Shown: in pieces, positions 25,433 to 35,648 of the stretch
Layout of the letters: the number at the start of each line of letters is the position of its first letter
Numbering within the stretch: the stretch's first letter is position 1
Virus record (IMG/VR): IMGVR_UViG_3300017700_000931
Span: 64,001 to 128,000 of that record
Length of the DNA: 64,000 bases
Reading direction: 5' to 3' (one strand)
From: a virus
Taxonomy: Duplodnaviria; Caudoviricetes
The notes under the pieces: generated by a model
Seen by the model: the letters and a program-made list of their open reading frames with translations, nothing else
The model's database searches: none
Told to the model about the DNA's origin: nothing
Made by a program: the position numbers and the translations under genes

Positions 25433-27772
25433 TCACCCTTTTTTTCTTTGAATTATCTTTTTAACTTCATCAATGGTTCTACCAGTTTTTTTGGCTACCT
25501 CGTAATATACTGCATCATCAGAAATAACAGAATCTTTCGTTTGTTTCAATTTAACCACCTTATCAACGGCACCAGTACTGCAACCACCATTTTGGGCCTT
25601 TTTATTGTTGTTTAATTTAGTACAATCGTCCAATTTGACAAAACCACCTTCTGGATAAGCGGTTGATGTAGTATTCACCGATTCCTTTATAGTCTTATCA
25701 ACAATCTTTCCCTTTGGATACATCGTTTTTTTACCAAATCTCATATTTGCTTTATCTTTGGCCCAGATTTTTGGTTGAACAAAAGACCCACTTGAAGCAG
25801 CTGTTGTTGTTTCCTCCACTTCATTTGGTTTAAGAGCTTCTTTAAGACCATCAAATACAATTGAATATAATTCGTCAAATACAGAATAGGCATCACGAAT
25901 TTTTTCAGATTCTTGATTGAAAATCAATTTATCTTTTTTTGTTTCTTTATTAAAAATATACAATAATTCACTATTGGAAATTTTACCATCTTCTCTTAAT
26001 AATGAAATAGAATACTCTAGTGTTTTTTCATTATCATTTTTATTAATGACTTTATCAATAATAAAAACACCTAACGCCGGGTGTTGAAAATTTTTGTATT
26101 TTAAATTACTCAATTTTTCATTTTCAGAATCATTACCTTCAACCTCACCAACAATTTTTTTCATTTCAGACGCTGGGTCATTCTTATTGATTGTTGTTGA
26201 TGAACCCATCGGTGCAACAAATGCTCCACTGGATGATGCTGTTGTTTCACTCAAGGATAAATTACTAAGTGTTGATATCAATTCTTGTTTTTTTGCTGGG
26301 TCACTAATATGTTTAACTAACGCCATCAATTCATCAATCATTTCTTGGTCAATTTCAACTAATTGTTTACCATTTTCATAATCAGAATAGCCTTTACCTA
26401 GCGATAAATTAGCATAGTTATCATTAACATAGGAATCTATGATATTACTATCCATTTCCCAATCCCCATATTCAACATCCATCATACCGTCTTCATCTCG
26501 ACCTATTGGTGTTTCATCACGACTAGCATAATTAGCGAATTCATTTTTATCAACTGTTTCAACATTAAAAACATAGTACTTACCATCCTTTTCAAAGATT
26601 GCATTTTCTTGATGCCACCATAGTAAATCTAATGGTCTATTTTGTGGGGTTATTCCCGGATTAGGTTCTTTTTGATTCCAAGGCGCACTAGGGTCTTCAT
26701 TAGCACCCATTGGATAGTTATCCTCCTCAATTGGTTTATCAGTTTCTGATTTTCTTCTTTTTAGTTCTTCAGCTCTTTTTTGTTTAATTTTAGAAGCGAT
26801 TGATTCAGGTGATGGTTTTGGACCTTCCTTCCTTTTCAATTGTTGTTGAAGATTTGTTTTGATTTTATCAGATGATTCCGCAATTTCTGGAACATACTCT
26901 TTGTATAATGCTTTTACATTATCGTAGAAATTTGGTTTTAATATTTTAATCAATTTTTTACCATTAATTAAATTATGACCAATCATCCCAATTTCAAACA
27001 TTTTTTTGGTTAAATCGTTTTTACTAACACCACGGTCTCTCCAAAATTTATTTATATGCTCATCAGTTGGGTCCGTTAAAAGTTCTTTAAGGAATTTTAT
27101 TACCTGTTGACCAAATTCAATGATATCTACTTGCGAAGCCGGATTACCCTTATTTTCATTAAAGGATTTAGTTGTTTTAATATTTTCTTTTTCAGTTTGA
27201 GGCTTAAAATCACCCCTAAGTGTATCTTCAAATTTTATATTGGCTTTAGGTATTGACCTACCAGCAGATTTAAAATTATTAGTTACCTTTGTTGATGGCC
27301 TCATTGGTTTTGGTGGCATTTTAAATTCATGTTCGTTGGATTCACCGACTGAATTAGTTGGGCATAGTTCTTTTGGGTTACCAATTAATTGAACTCCCAA
27401 TCCTTCACCTTCTTCTTTTACAATTTCTTCTTGAAGTTCTTTATTATAGAATCCTTTCGCATAAGCGGCACACATTTCTTTACCATTATTAAAATCACTA
27501 CTATCCTTTGAATATGGTTGCCAAGTTTTAGCCCTATCACTATAGAAACTTCTACCTAGATAAAAACCTTTTGGTGTTTTATACATCATGATATCACTCA
27601 CTGGCTCATTATCACGGCTCTTAGCGACCACTTCGAATTTCTCATCAATTCTATTTTCAAACAATCGATTATATTGTTCACTAGTAATTTTTACCAACTT
27701 TTTTTTTGGTAATTGTTCTTCTAGACTTTGTAACATCACAATTTGTGATTCAGTTAATTTAATTTTTCCCAT
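25433..27772 (-). CDS. Large late hypothetical protein with repeated ETT(T)A(A)SS(S)GxFVxP motifs
   Basis: Start trimmed to MGKIKLTE; two similar motifs near 26212-26255 and 25772-25820. Confidence 0.78.
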   Translation of the reverse strand: MGKIKLTESQIVMLQSLEEQLPKKKLVKITSEQYNRLFENRIDEKFEVVAKSRDNEPVSDIMMYKTPKGFYLGRSFYSDRAKTWQPYSKDSSDFNNGKEMCAAYAKGFYNKELQEEIVKEEGEGLGVQLIGNPKELCPTNSVGESNEHEFKMPPKPMRPSTKVTNNFKSAGRSIPKANIKFEDTLRGDFKPQTEKENIKTTKSFNENKGNPASQVDIIEFGQQVIKFLKELLTDPTDEHINKFWRDRGVSKNDLTKKMFEIGMIGHNLINGKKLIKILKPNFYDNVKALYKEYVPEIAESSDKIKTNLQQQLKRKEGPKPSPESIASKIKQKRAEELKRRKSETDKPIEEDNYPMGANEDPSAPWNQKEPNPGITPQNRPLDLLWWHQENAIFEKDGKYYVFNVETVDKNEFANYASRDETPIGRDEDGMMDVEYGDWEMDSNIIDSYVNDNYANLSLGKGYSDYENGKQLVEIDQEMIDELMALVKHISDPAKKQELISTLSNLSLSETTASSSGAFVAPMGSSTTINKNDPASEMKKIVGEVEGNDSENEKLSNLKYKNFQHPALGVFIIDKVINKNDNEKTLEYSISLLREDGKISNSELLYIFNKETKKDKLIFNQESEKIRDAYSVFDELYSIVFDGLKEALKPNEVEETTTAASSGSFVQPKIWAKDKANMRFGKKTMYPKGKIVDKTIKESVNTTSTAYPEGGFVKLDDCTKLNNNKKAQNGGCSTGAVDKVVKLKQTKDSVISDDAVYYEVAKKTGRTIDEVKKIIQRKKG

Positions 27773-28026
27773 TACGATTCTTTGTTTTTCAAGCTGGACT
27801 GCCAAAAATTCCTTTTAGTCCACAATGTTTTATATAATTGAGCAAGCACATTTTTACTGATATCTACCATGAATTTCTCCAAATCTGGGTCATTCTTGAT
27901 TTTATCCTTAACAATTTTCGCCACTTTATCAGATAGTGCATTAGAATCTAATACCTTATCGATTTCACGATTTACATCTGATTTAGTCAATTCTTCGTTA
28001 AGCCTATTTTTGATGAACTCTTTCAT
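27772..28026 (-). CDS. Small late protein (MKEFIKNRLNEEL)
   Basis: ATG 28026 follows a TATTTAT motif. Confidence 0.7.
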   Translation of the reverse strand: MKEFIKNRLNEELTKSDVNREIDKVLDSNALSDKVAKIVKDKIKNDPDLEKFMVDISKNVLAQLYKTLWTKRNFWQSSLKNKES

Positions 28027-28060
28027 TTCATGTTTATTAATAAATATTGAGCTTAAAGCA

Positions 28061-28089
28061 AAAAAGCCCACCATTATGGTGGGCTTTTT
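28061..28089. terminator. Terminator hairpin
   Basis: AAAAAGCCCACCAT-T-ATGGTGGGCTTTTT. Confidence 0.75.
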
Positions 28090-28104
28090 ATTGTGAATGT
28101 GTCT

Positions 28105-28911
28105 TTAAAATCTAATCAGTGAGTATTGTATGGAGATACCGAAACTAAACCCGATACCAAGGTTTGCTGTTGGCATCGTATTAATGTTAACCCCAAAACC
28201 AGCATATGGTCCAATACCCCATCTTTTTGGTTCGGTGAATTTTTTCATTACTGGATGATTTTTTGGGTCAATAATAGCACCATCTAATTGTATGTTTTCA
28301 AATCCGGGGAAACCAGACCTCACAAATATTTCGATATTACCATCTTTCTCTCTTAATCCCGTAACTAAATCAAATTTAAAATAATCCTTAGTTATAATTG
28401 TTTCCAGCGGTATAATATTTCCACTGGAATCTATAGTAAATTTACTAATACCGGATAGGTGCCTCTCATTATTTTGATTATAGATAGTATCATTTGACCA
28501 AGATAAGCCATTTTCTCCATTTGGGTAGCTGATTAATGTATTGGTCAAGTATGTTGTATCTCTTTCAATCTTAGATACCAATTTGATGATTTCATTAACC
28601 TTACCTTTTTCTTTTTTGACTTCTTCAGCTAAATCTGCATTCAAATCTTCTAAATCTCGCTTCTCAGCAATTAAAATGTTTTTTGAATACTCAAGTTCGC
28701 CAACTTTATTTTCAGACACTCTGACTGAATCATTTAACGCTTTGATATTTTGCTCTGAGAACATCAATTTGGTTTTTAAATTAGAGTATCTATTGAATCC
28801 AATACCAAATGCTAATGTTAAAAGCAATAGAACTATAACTAAGATGTTTCTTTGTCTTTTGGTAGAAACAATACTAGTTAATTTTGTTGAAATATTTTCT
28901 TCTTCACTCAT
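28105..28911 (-). CDS. Membrane-anchored coiled-coil protein (spanin-like candidate)
   Basis: N-terminal TM, coiled coil, C-terminal KRWGIGPYAGFG beta hairpin typical of Bacteroidota phage lysis-region proteins. Confidence 0.55.
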   Translation of the reverse strand: MSEEENISTKLTSIVSTKRQRNILVIVLLLLTLAFGIGFNRYSNLKTKLMFSEQNIKALNDSVRVSENKVGELEYSKNILIAEKRDLEDLNADLAEEVKKEKGKVNEIIKLVSKIERDTTYLTNTLISYPNGENGLSWSNDTIYNQNNERHLSGISKFTIDSSGNIIPLETIITKDYFKFDLVTGLREKDGNIEIFVRSGFPGFENIQLDGAIIDPKNHPVMKKFTEPKRWGIGPYAGFGVNINTMPTANLGIGFSFGISIQYSLIRF

Positions 28912-28913
28912 AA

Positions 28914-29333
28914 TTATGATTTTTGTGATGGTTTATATTCGGAAGCTAGTTTTTGAAACCATTCTGACTTCCAATTGTCATAAAACCCCTTAAGTTTTTT
29001 GATTTTATCTGATACTTCATCAGTAATTTGTATATTACTACCAGTGATGTATAAACCATTAGAATCTTCTAGTGTCATTTGAAATTCGATACCACCCATA
29101 CCTTGGATTACACCACCAAAAACGACGTTATTAGCCTCTGGGTACACATTAAACACAGTAAATTGTGTGGAACCATCAATAATTTCTCTAAATTTTTGTT
29201 CTTCAGCTTTCCTCTCTTCACCACTCAATTGTATTACACCATTGTTTGGTGTTGAATTTTGATTAACACCGGAGTTTTCTCTAATAATATTCAACATCTT
29301 CATTGTGATGTCGTGTTCATTAAGGTTTTTCAT
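28914..29333 (-). CDS. Hypothetical late protein
   Basis: 139-aa ORF. Confidence 0.72.
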   Translation of the reverse strand: MKNLNEHDITMKMLNIIRENSGVNQNSTPNNGVIQLSGEERKAEEQKFREIIDGSTQFTVFNVYPEANNVVFGGVIQGMGGIEFQMTLEDSNGLYITGSNIQITDEVSDKIKKLKGFYDNWKSEWFQKLASEYKPSQKS

Positions 29334-29338
29334 TTCAA

Positions 29339-29959
29339 TTATTTTAATTCTAAATTATTTTTAAACTCATCAAATTTAAATGCCGGACTAATATCAGAAA
29401 AATACTTAGTAAAATTGGCTCTATAAAGAATCCCTTCGAAATCACCAGCACTTTCAATATTAGTGTTATGAGATAAAGCGACCAATGGTATATTAAATCT
29501 CTCACAAATATATTTACATAAATTAATCAAGGAATTCATTTGTTCTTCAGTGTATGGACACCAGTATGAATGGTTTCTCCATCTTTTTTCAACAACTTCA
29601 TCCTCTTGATTATAAATATCACCAAGCCAAGTAAGGTATCTGTTATTTTGTAAATCCTTATATAACCAACCTTGATTTTCAAGAATAATTGGGATTGCGT
29701 GTTTATCGATTTCTTCGATTCCAACAAAATCTGAATGATATTTTGGGTCGTAATGGATGTGTATAGTTCCATCTCTGAGGATTGTGAATGGGGCCGTAGC
29801 TTTATACTTACCATTCAATCGTGTTTGCCATTTATTCAAATGGTCCAAATTATTAGACATTGAATGACCAATAATGATTTGTGTTTTTTTATATTCAGTT
29901 TGATAAAATTGATTCGACCCTAATAAGTGGGTGTTTTTCATTAAAACATGATTAATCAT
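29339..29959 (-). CDS. Amidase_2-like protein
   Basis: IIIGHS, F.I.RDGTI, I.LENQG, YTEEQ.NSL..LC; metal ligands look partly degenerate. Confidence 0.7.
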   Translation of the reverse strand: MINHVLMKNTHLLGSNQFYQTEYKKTQIIIGHSMSNNLDHLNKWQTRLNGKYKATAPFTILRDGTIHIHYDPKYHSDFVGIEEIDKHAIPIILENQGWLYKDLQNNRYLTWLGDIYNQEDEVVEKRWRNHSYWCPYTEEQMNSLINLCKYICERFNIPLVALSHNTNIESAGDFEGILYRANFTKYFSDISPAFKFDEFKNNLELK

Positions 29960-29961
29960 AT

Positions 29962-31275
29962 TTAATCAATTCTTGGTCTTTTAAAATAAAACTTCTTTGG
30001 TTCATTAGTTCTAATTTCTTTGTTAGAACCAACTTTTTTAGGTTGGGGAACATTAACTGAATAACCCCTACTACCTTGTTTTATCTCCTTTATTTCTTCA
30101 CGTTTAACAGTACCAGTAGGTATAACAGGTTCTTGTTTGGCTTCTACAATATCTTCTGGTTTCAATACTTCTTCTTGTTCATCAATAATTTTGACTTCTT
30201 CCACTACATCAATAACCTCTGGAATATTGATTACCTCTGGCATAACGGTTTCCTCATTGATGCTATCCTCAATATTTTCATTAGTACTACCAGATGGTTC
30301 CGGCTCATCAATTATTTCATCCACCACTTCAGTATCTATAATATCAACTGTATTAATATTTTTCGGTGTAATTAAAATTGGTTTATCTGCATCAGGTAAT
30401 TTTACTGGGTCGTCACCATCTGGTTTTTTTTTGTTTAATTCAAAAACCTTATTAGCGGCTAATAATAATGAAATGGCCATTGGGTCGAAGATAAAGATGA
30501 TTAACAAAACTATCCAATTGATAATTGAATCCATAGGTCTACCAGTTAATGTTGAAATGTATTTTAACGGACCTATTTCAGCAGCTACATCTGATGTTGA
30601 TTTTAATTCTAAAATTTGAACCTGATATGAACTAACTGAATCTTGTAATGCTGAATTTGATTTAACTATGGTATCAATATCAGAAGTTAATTTTTGAATC
30701 TCGGTATTCGCAATATCAATTTCACCCCTAGTTCTTTTAGCGTTGGTGCTTTGCCCCTTTGAGACATATTCATCCAACCTAGCTTCTTGTTGTGCTCTTA
30801 AATTAGATAACATACCGACCCTATCACGTTTGGTGCCGATTACTTTATTATTATCATCAATTTTTATTTGAAAGATATCTCTTTTACCCTCAAGGATTAA
30901 AACTTCACCCTCATGAACTTCCATTTTATTGGCAGTATCTTGATAGGCATTTGTTAAAAAACCATAAATACCAACTGATGTTAAAAACATTGTTGCAATC
31001 ACACCAATACCCAAATATGTTCGTAATGAAACTAATCGTTTAAAAAAATAACTAATCTTAGTGTGCCCCTCACGAGACGGCATCGTTTTCTTACCATATC
31101 TATGAAGATATAATGTAGTAACAACCTTAGCTGATTCTATAATGGCCATAACAACCATAACAATCATAGCCTCACCAGCAAATAACTTTCCCCATCCAGC
31201 AACTGATATGTATGCGGCTGAACCTGCTAATGTGATAGCAAATAATCCTAAAATATATCCTAAGTGTAATTTCAT
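29962..31275 (-). CDS. Multi-TM coiled-coil membrane protein
   Basis: Three N-terminal TMs (ESAKVV, TSVGIYGFL), coiled coil, EIGPLKY..IFIFDPMA, acidic tail. Confidence 0.78.
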   Translation of the reverse strand: MKLHLGYILGLFAITLAGSAAYISVAGWGKLFAGEAMIVMVVMAIIESAKVVTTLYLHRYGKKTMPSREGHTKISYFFKRLVSLRTYLGIGVIATMFLTSVGIYGFLTNAYQDTANKMEVHEGEVLILEGKRDIFQIKIDDNNKVIGTKRDRVGMLSNLRAQQEARLDEYVSKGQSTNAKRTRGEIDIANTEIQKLTSDIDTIVKSNSALQDSVSSYQVQILELKSTSDVAAEIGPLKYISTLTGRPMDSIINWIVLLIIFIFDPMAISLLLAANKVFELNKKKPDGDDPVKLPDADKPILITPKNINTVDIIDTEVVDEIIDEPEPSGSTNENIEDSINEETVMPEVINIPEVIDVVEEVKIIDEQEEVLKPEDIVEAKQEPVIPTGTVKREEIKEIKQGSRGYSVNVPQPKKVGSNKEIRTNEPKKFYFKRPRID

Positions 31276-31307
31276 ATAATCCTTTTATTATAAATATTCA
31301 ATACCTA

Positions 31308-31329
31308 AAAAAGGGCTTAAGCCCTTTTT
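31308..31329. terminator. Terminator hairpin
   Basis: AAAAAGGGCTTAAGCCCTTTTT palindrome. Confidence 0.7.
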
Positions 31330-32224
31330 ATTCATTCATTAATTCATAAAGATTATGAACATTATGTCTGAGTTTTCTGATAGCCTTTTCTTTAATTTGA
31401 CGAATTCTTTCTTTAGTTAAATCATATCTATCACCAATAGCTTCTAGGGTCATTGGCTCACAATCCGTATTTAATCCAAAATAACATTCAATGATACTTC
31501 TTTCTCTTTCATCAAGAATATCAAGTGTTTTATACAATTCATTCTTAACCCTATCATTATCGGTATCAAAAATACTAATGTCTTCCTGTGTTTCATCTGG
31601 AATTACTTCCAATAATTCATCACCATCTTCATTTATTTTTTGATTCAAAGAACCACATGATGGAATATTAGTTACCTCTTCGAAAGATTCTTGTTCACCA
31701 TTTCTAGTTAAAACTTCGTCACCATCGATTGGGGTTCTACCGTTTTCGGTTTCAAATCTTTCGATTTGTTTTCTAATTTTATAAAGTTTGTTGATTACAT
31801 TAGCCGGAAGTCTAATTGACCTAGAATGGTCATTTAAACTTTGCATAATTGATTGTTTAATCCAATAAACAGCGTAAGAAATAAATCGAAACCCTCTTGT
31901 GTGGTCAAATCTCATTGCGGCTTTAATTAAGCCGTAATTACCTTCACTAATCAAGTCAGCCAGTGTTAATCCCTGACCTTGATATTCTTTTGCTATTGAA
32001 ATAACAAATTTTAAATTAGCCATGACTAATTCGTCAATAGCTTTTTCATCACCATTTTGAATTCTTATGGCTAATTCGATTTCCTTTTCAGGAGTAAGGA
32101 TTTCGCTGGTTCTAATTTCCTTAAAATATTTGGTTATGCTATCGTCTTCATTTGGACTGATATATTTTTTGTTCATTGGTTTTTCTTCTTTTCTACTATC
32201 GGTTATTTTAGTTCGAGTGAACAT
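31328..32224 (-). CDS. RpoD/SigA-type sigma-70 factor
   Basis: Region 1.2 YFKEI, region 2 ANLKFVISIAKEYQGQGL..DLISEGN.GL..A..RFD..RGFRFISYAVYWI, region 4 TLEAIG..LTKERIRQI. Confidence 0.93.
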   Translation of the reverse strand: MFTRTKITDSRKEEKPMNKKYISPNEDDSITKYFKEIRTSEILTPEKEIELAIRIQNGDEKAIDELVMANLKFVISIAKEYQGQGLTLADLISEGNYGLIKAAMRFDHTRGFRFISYAVYWIKQSIMQSLNDHSRSIRLPANVINKLYKIRKQIERFETENGRTPIDGDEVLTRNGEQESFEEVTNIPSCGSLNQKINEDGDELLEVIPDETQEDISIFDTDNDRVKNELYKTLDILDERERSIIECYFGLNTDCEPMTLEAIGDRYDLTKERIRQIKEKAIRKLRHNVHNLYELMNE

Positions 32225-32308
32225 ATTAATGTACTACACAAAACCACTAAAGTAAAGCCTTTTACGCATATTTACCTTCTTTTTTTTTAGTTTAAAAACG
32301 TTTAAATT

Positions 32309-32767
32309 CTATTTCTTTTGTTCACTTGAATTAATTTCATCCCTTAATTCAGCAGCTCTAATGTAATCTTCATTATTGATAGCTAATTGAAGTTGGTCCT
32401 CCAACGATAAACCATCAATTTTAGTTTCAGTGGTATCCGGCATTCCTTCATTACCAGTAAATATATTTTTAATTACCGACCCAAAGCCATCCTCAAGATA
32501 ACCGAATAATTGTTCATGGATGTCTTCTTTACCGATTTTATAAATACTTTTACCTTCCCCGACTTCAAACACAAAAAATGTTCGCTTATCTTTTTCAAAG
32601 ATATCTTTCAATTCACTAATAGTGAATGCTGATGAGAATGTGGCTATTAAAACACCTTGTTGTTCCAAACATCTAGGATTAGTTTCAGATATTTTCTTAA
32701 CCAAATCTTTGATTCCAGTAATATCCCCTAACCCAATAATGCAATAATTATTAAACTTCATAATCAT
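32309..32767 (-). CDS. Protein with C-terminal UVR (UvrB/C) coiled-coil motif
   Basis: LEDQLQLAINNEDYIRAAELRDEI. Confidence 0.75.
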   Translation of the reverse strand: MIMKFNNYCIIGLGDITGIKDLVKKISETNPRCLEQQGVLIATFSSAFTISELKDIFEKDKRTFFVFEVGEGKSIYKIGKEDIHEQLFGYLEDGFGSVIKNIFTGNEGMPDTTETKIDGLSLEDQLQLAINNEDYIRAAELRDEINSSEQKK

Positions 32768-32818
32768 AAATATTTCAAAATCTAAAAGTAATACAATCCA
32801 TTTTATACAAAAATACGA

Positions 32819-35188
32819 TTATTTTATGAGAATCTTCGATATATTGTTGGTTTTTTTAACCGTAATGATGTTATCACCCCAATCCTTCACATAATCAATG
32901 TGTGATATCAAAAACACAATGTCATACATGTCTTTTATCTTATCAAACAGTGGTTTTATCTTTTCTAAGTTCTCAGAAGCAACAGCCCCAAATGGTTCAT
33001 CAAATGTTATGAAATTGGGCATCGGTAAATGAGATATTTTACCTAAAACACAACGTAGTGCTATACTGGAGATAGTTTTTTCAACCCCACTACCGGATTT
33101 CAATTTTTTATCAACCCCATCCTTAGTTAAGGTAAATTCAACATCATTTTTAGCATTTATGTTCAATTCTATGTTGAAATCACAAACATCTTCCATAAGT
33201 CGGTATAGTTCAGAATTAATAATTGGTAATACTGACCTTAGAATCAATTTACTAATACCCTTTTTACCTATCATCTCAACATAGATTTTAAATAACCTAT
33301 CTACCTCTAATTCTTTCTTTATAACCTCAATTAATGATGTTTTTTCGGTAATATTTGCTTCATTAGTAGCAATATTACCTTCGGTTGTCTGTATTGAACG
33401 AATAAATGTTTCCTTCTCTCGTTCTTTTACAACGATGTTGGTTTTTACCACTTCAATTTCGGCATCAATCGCTCTATTATGGTTAATTGCACCTTCATTG
33501 TCCTTATATTTTTTTAAATCCAGCTTTTTTTCCTTTATTTTGTTCCTCAAAGCTCCAATTTCTACTTCGGCACGGTCTTTTTGTAACTCAAGTTTGTTTT
33601 TTTTGTCGACTTTTGATTTATTTTCAGTCATTAAATTAATTTTGGCTTGAATATCTAATAATTTTGTGTTTCCGGCAGCATATTCTAGGTCTAATTTTTC
33701 AATTTTAGCTTCTTCAAGCTTAATTTCAACACTATGGTCAACATCTTCAAGTGCTCTTTTACATGTTGGGCATATCTCACCATTTTTTAATTGGTCAACC
33801 ATCTTAACATGCCCATTTTTTTCAATCCTATTAGCATTTAATTGTGCATCCAGCGCATTATACTCCTTATTCAAATTAAAATACGACACCTCATCATAGG
33901 TAACGTTACCAATTTCAGCAATTTCTTTTACGTATTCTTTAATTGAATCAGAAAACTTTATACCAGTATCAGTTATGGTTTTAATTTCTTTTTCAATGTT
34001 AGTTGGGTTGAGCTGTGTTATTGTTACATCGATAACTTTCTTATCTGCTATGAATCCGTCTTTTTTAGTATTCAAATTATCAATTTCTACTTTATTTGCA
34101 TCCAATTGTTGTTTCTGTGTTATCAATAACGCTTTGTTCGTTTCAATTACATTACCATGTTCTTCAATTTCAATCTTTAATGTTGCAATGTTATATTGAT
34201 TCGATTTCATGGTTTTAATGTACTCGTTATGCATTTTACGAGCAATTTCTTCCTTCATTTCAATAACCTCGATACCAATAAATTTAGTTAATAATTTTCC
34301 ACTCTCAGTCGGTGTTGTATCGATAAGGTTTTCTAAATTTTTACCAGTGGTTAAAATCGTAATATCAAAATCTTCTTCATCACCAATGGTTTTTTTAATT
34401 TCCAAAGTAGTTGCAATTGCATCTTCTTCTTCCATTTCTTCTTCAGAACCATCCGGCATTAATTTATAATAATTTAATTTATTCTTAACGGTATAACCAC
34501 CAACTCTTTTTCCAGTTCTAGTTAATATTCTTTCGATGATAACATCTTTATCATCATAATTGAGCATACCCCTTACGACTGTTTTATTTTCATCAGTGAA
34601 TGTATTGAATACCTCATCATTTTTATCAGTTTTACTAGTTTTACCGAATAATAAGAATTTAATCGCATCCACACTAAAAGTAGTCTTACCGCCTTGATTG
34701 GCTGGTACAGAATTGATGGTTGTTAAACCTCTTAATTTACCAAAATTAACGTAATTTTCTTGACCATAACATAAAAAATTATTGACTGCTAACCATTTAA
34801 TCTCCCATTTTCTATGATTGATTTCTGTTAAATCTACATTCAATGACCCATTGACTTTTTCATCCAATCTAACTATTCGCTCAAAATCAACATCCTTACC
34901 TTCTCGTGCAATCCATTCTTTCATTAATTCTCGTTGATAATTAATGTCCATAATGTTATCAATACCAGCCCCAGTGATTTCAATAACATTACCGTTTTTA
35001 TCAATTTTAGTTGGCCGGAAGACTACATTAATATTGTTTTTTTGTACCCCGTATTTTCTGGCAAAATGTGATTGTACACGATTTCTAGCTTCTCTAGAGT
35101 AATTCTCTGGTCTATCATCCCAATAAACTTTAAGTTTTGCATATGTTGGGATTTGTAATTTTTTTGTTTGTGTTATATCATTCTCCAT
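32819..35188 (-). CDS. SbcC/Rad50/gp46-like ATPase
   Basis: Walker A NQGGKTT, coiled coil with CPTC zinc hook, signature KSGSGVEK, Walker B ITFDEPF, ISH. Confidence 0.92.
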   Translation of the reverse strand: MENDITQTKKLQIPTYAKLKVYWDDRPENYSREARNRVQSHFARKYGVQKNNINVVFRPTKIDKNGNVIEITGAGIDNIMDINYQRELMKEWIAREGKDVDFERIVRLDEKVNGSLNVDLTEINHRKWEIKWLAVNNFLCYGQENYVNFGKLRGLTTINSVPANQGGKTTFSVDAIKFLLFGKTSKTDKNDEVFNTFTDENKTVVRGMLNYDDKDVIIERILTRTGKRVGGYTVKNKLNYYKLMPDGSEEEMEEEDAIATTLEIKKTIGDEEDFDITILTTGKNLENLIDTTPTESGKLLTKFIGIEVIEMKEEIARKMHNEYIKTMKSNQYNIATLKIEIEEHGNVIETNKALLITQKQQLDANKVEIDNLNTKKDGFIADKKVIDVTITQLNPTNIEKEIKTITDTGIKFSDSIKEYVKEIAEIGNVTYDEVSYFNLNKEYNALDAQLNANRIEKNGHVKMVDQLKNGEICPTCKRALEDVDHSVEIKLEEAKIEKLDLEYAAGNTKLLDIQAKINLMTENKSKVDKKNKLELQKDRAEVEIGALRNKIKEKKLDLKKYKDNEGAINHNRAIDAEIEVVKTNIVVKEREKETFIRSIQTTEGNIATNEANITEKTSLIEVIKKELEVDRLFKIYVEMIGKKGISKLILRSVLPIINSELYRLMEDVCDFNIELNINAKNDVEFTLTKDGVDKKLKSGSGVEKTISSIALRCVLGKISHLPMPNFITFDEPFGAVASENLEKIKPLFDKIKDMYDIVFLISHIDYVKDWGDNIITVKKTNNISKILIK

Positions 35189-35648
35189 AAAAATCTTTTG
35201 TTGATTTTAATTTTATTATTTCCATATCCTTCTCCGCCAATTTTTTATCGCAGTCTATTTGCAATAATTCTTTCTCTTTGTTGAGACGCATAATCATCTG
35301 GGTCTGTATTTTCCTATTGTCTTTGAATAAATCAATATTTTCTTTATAGGATTTTTCATTTTCATCAATTTGATTTAGTAGTCTAGATATTTCTGAATTA
35401 TCCGAAACCTCAACAGTCTTAATCACTTCAACCTCTTTTATCACTTCAAAAGGAACCTCTTTAATTACTTCTACGATGACTTCTTTCTCAATTATTTTAG
35501 GGGTTTCTTGCTTATTTGATGGTGTTTCACCAAATTTTTCAATAGCAAATCCACGAGATAACATTTTATTAATTAATGCATCTACATCATCAATGTTGTT
35601 AGCCTCGGCGTAATTTTTTATATCTGACAATAAACTTGGTTTTATCAT
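35178..35648 (-). CDS. Hypothetical protein with (V/I)KEV repeats
   Basis: EKEVIVEVIKEVPFEVIKEVEVIK low-complexity run. Confidence 0.75.
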   Translation of the reverse strand: MIKPSLLSDIKNYAEANNIDDVDALINKMLSRGFAIEKFGETPSNKQETPKIIEKEVIVEVIKEVPFEVIKEVEVIKTVEVSDNSEISRLLNQIDENEKSYKENIDLFKDNRKIQTQMIMRLNKEKELLQIDCDKKLAEKDMEIIKLKSTKDFYGE

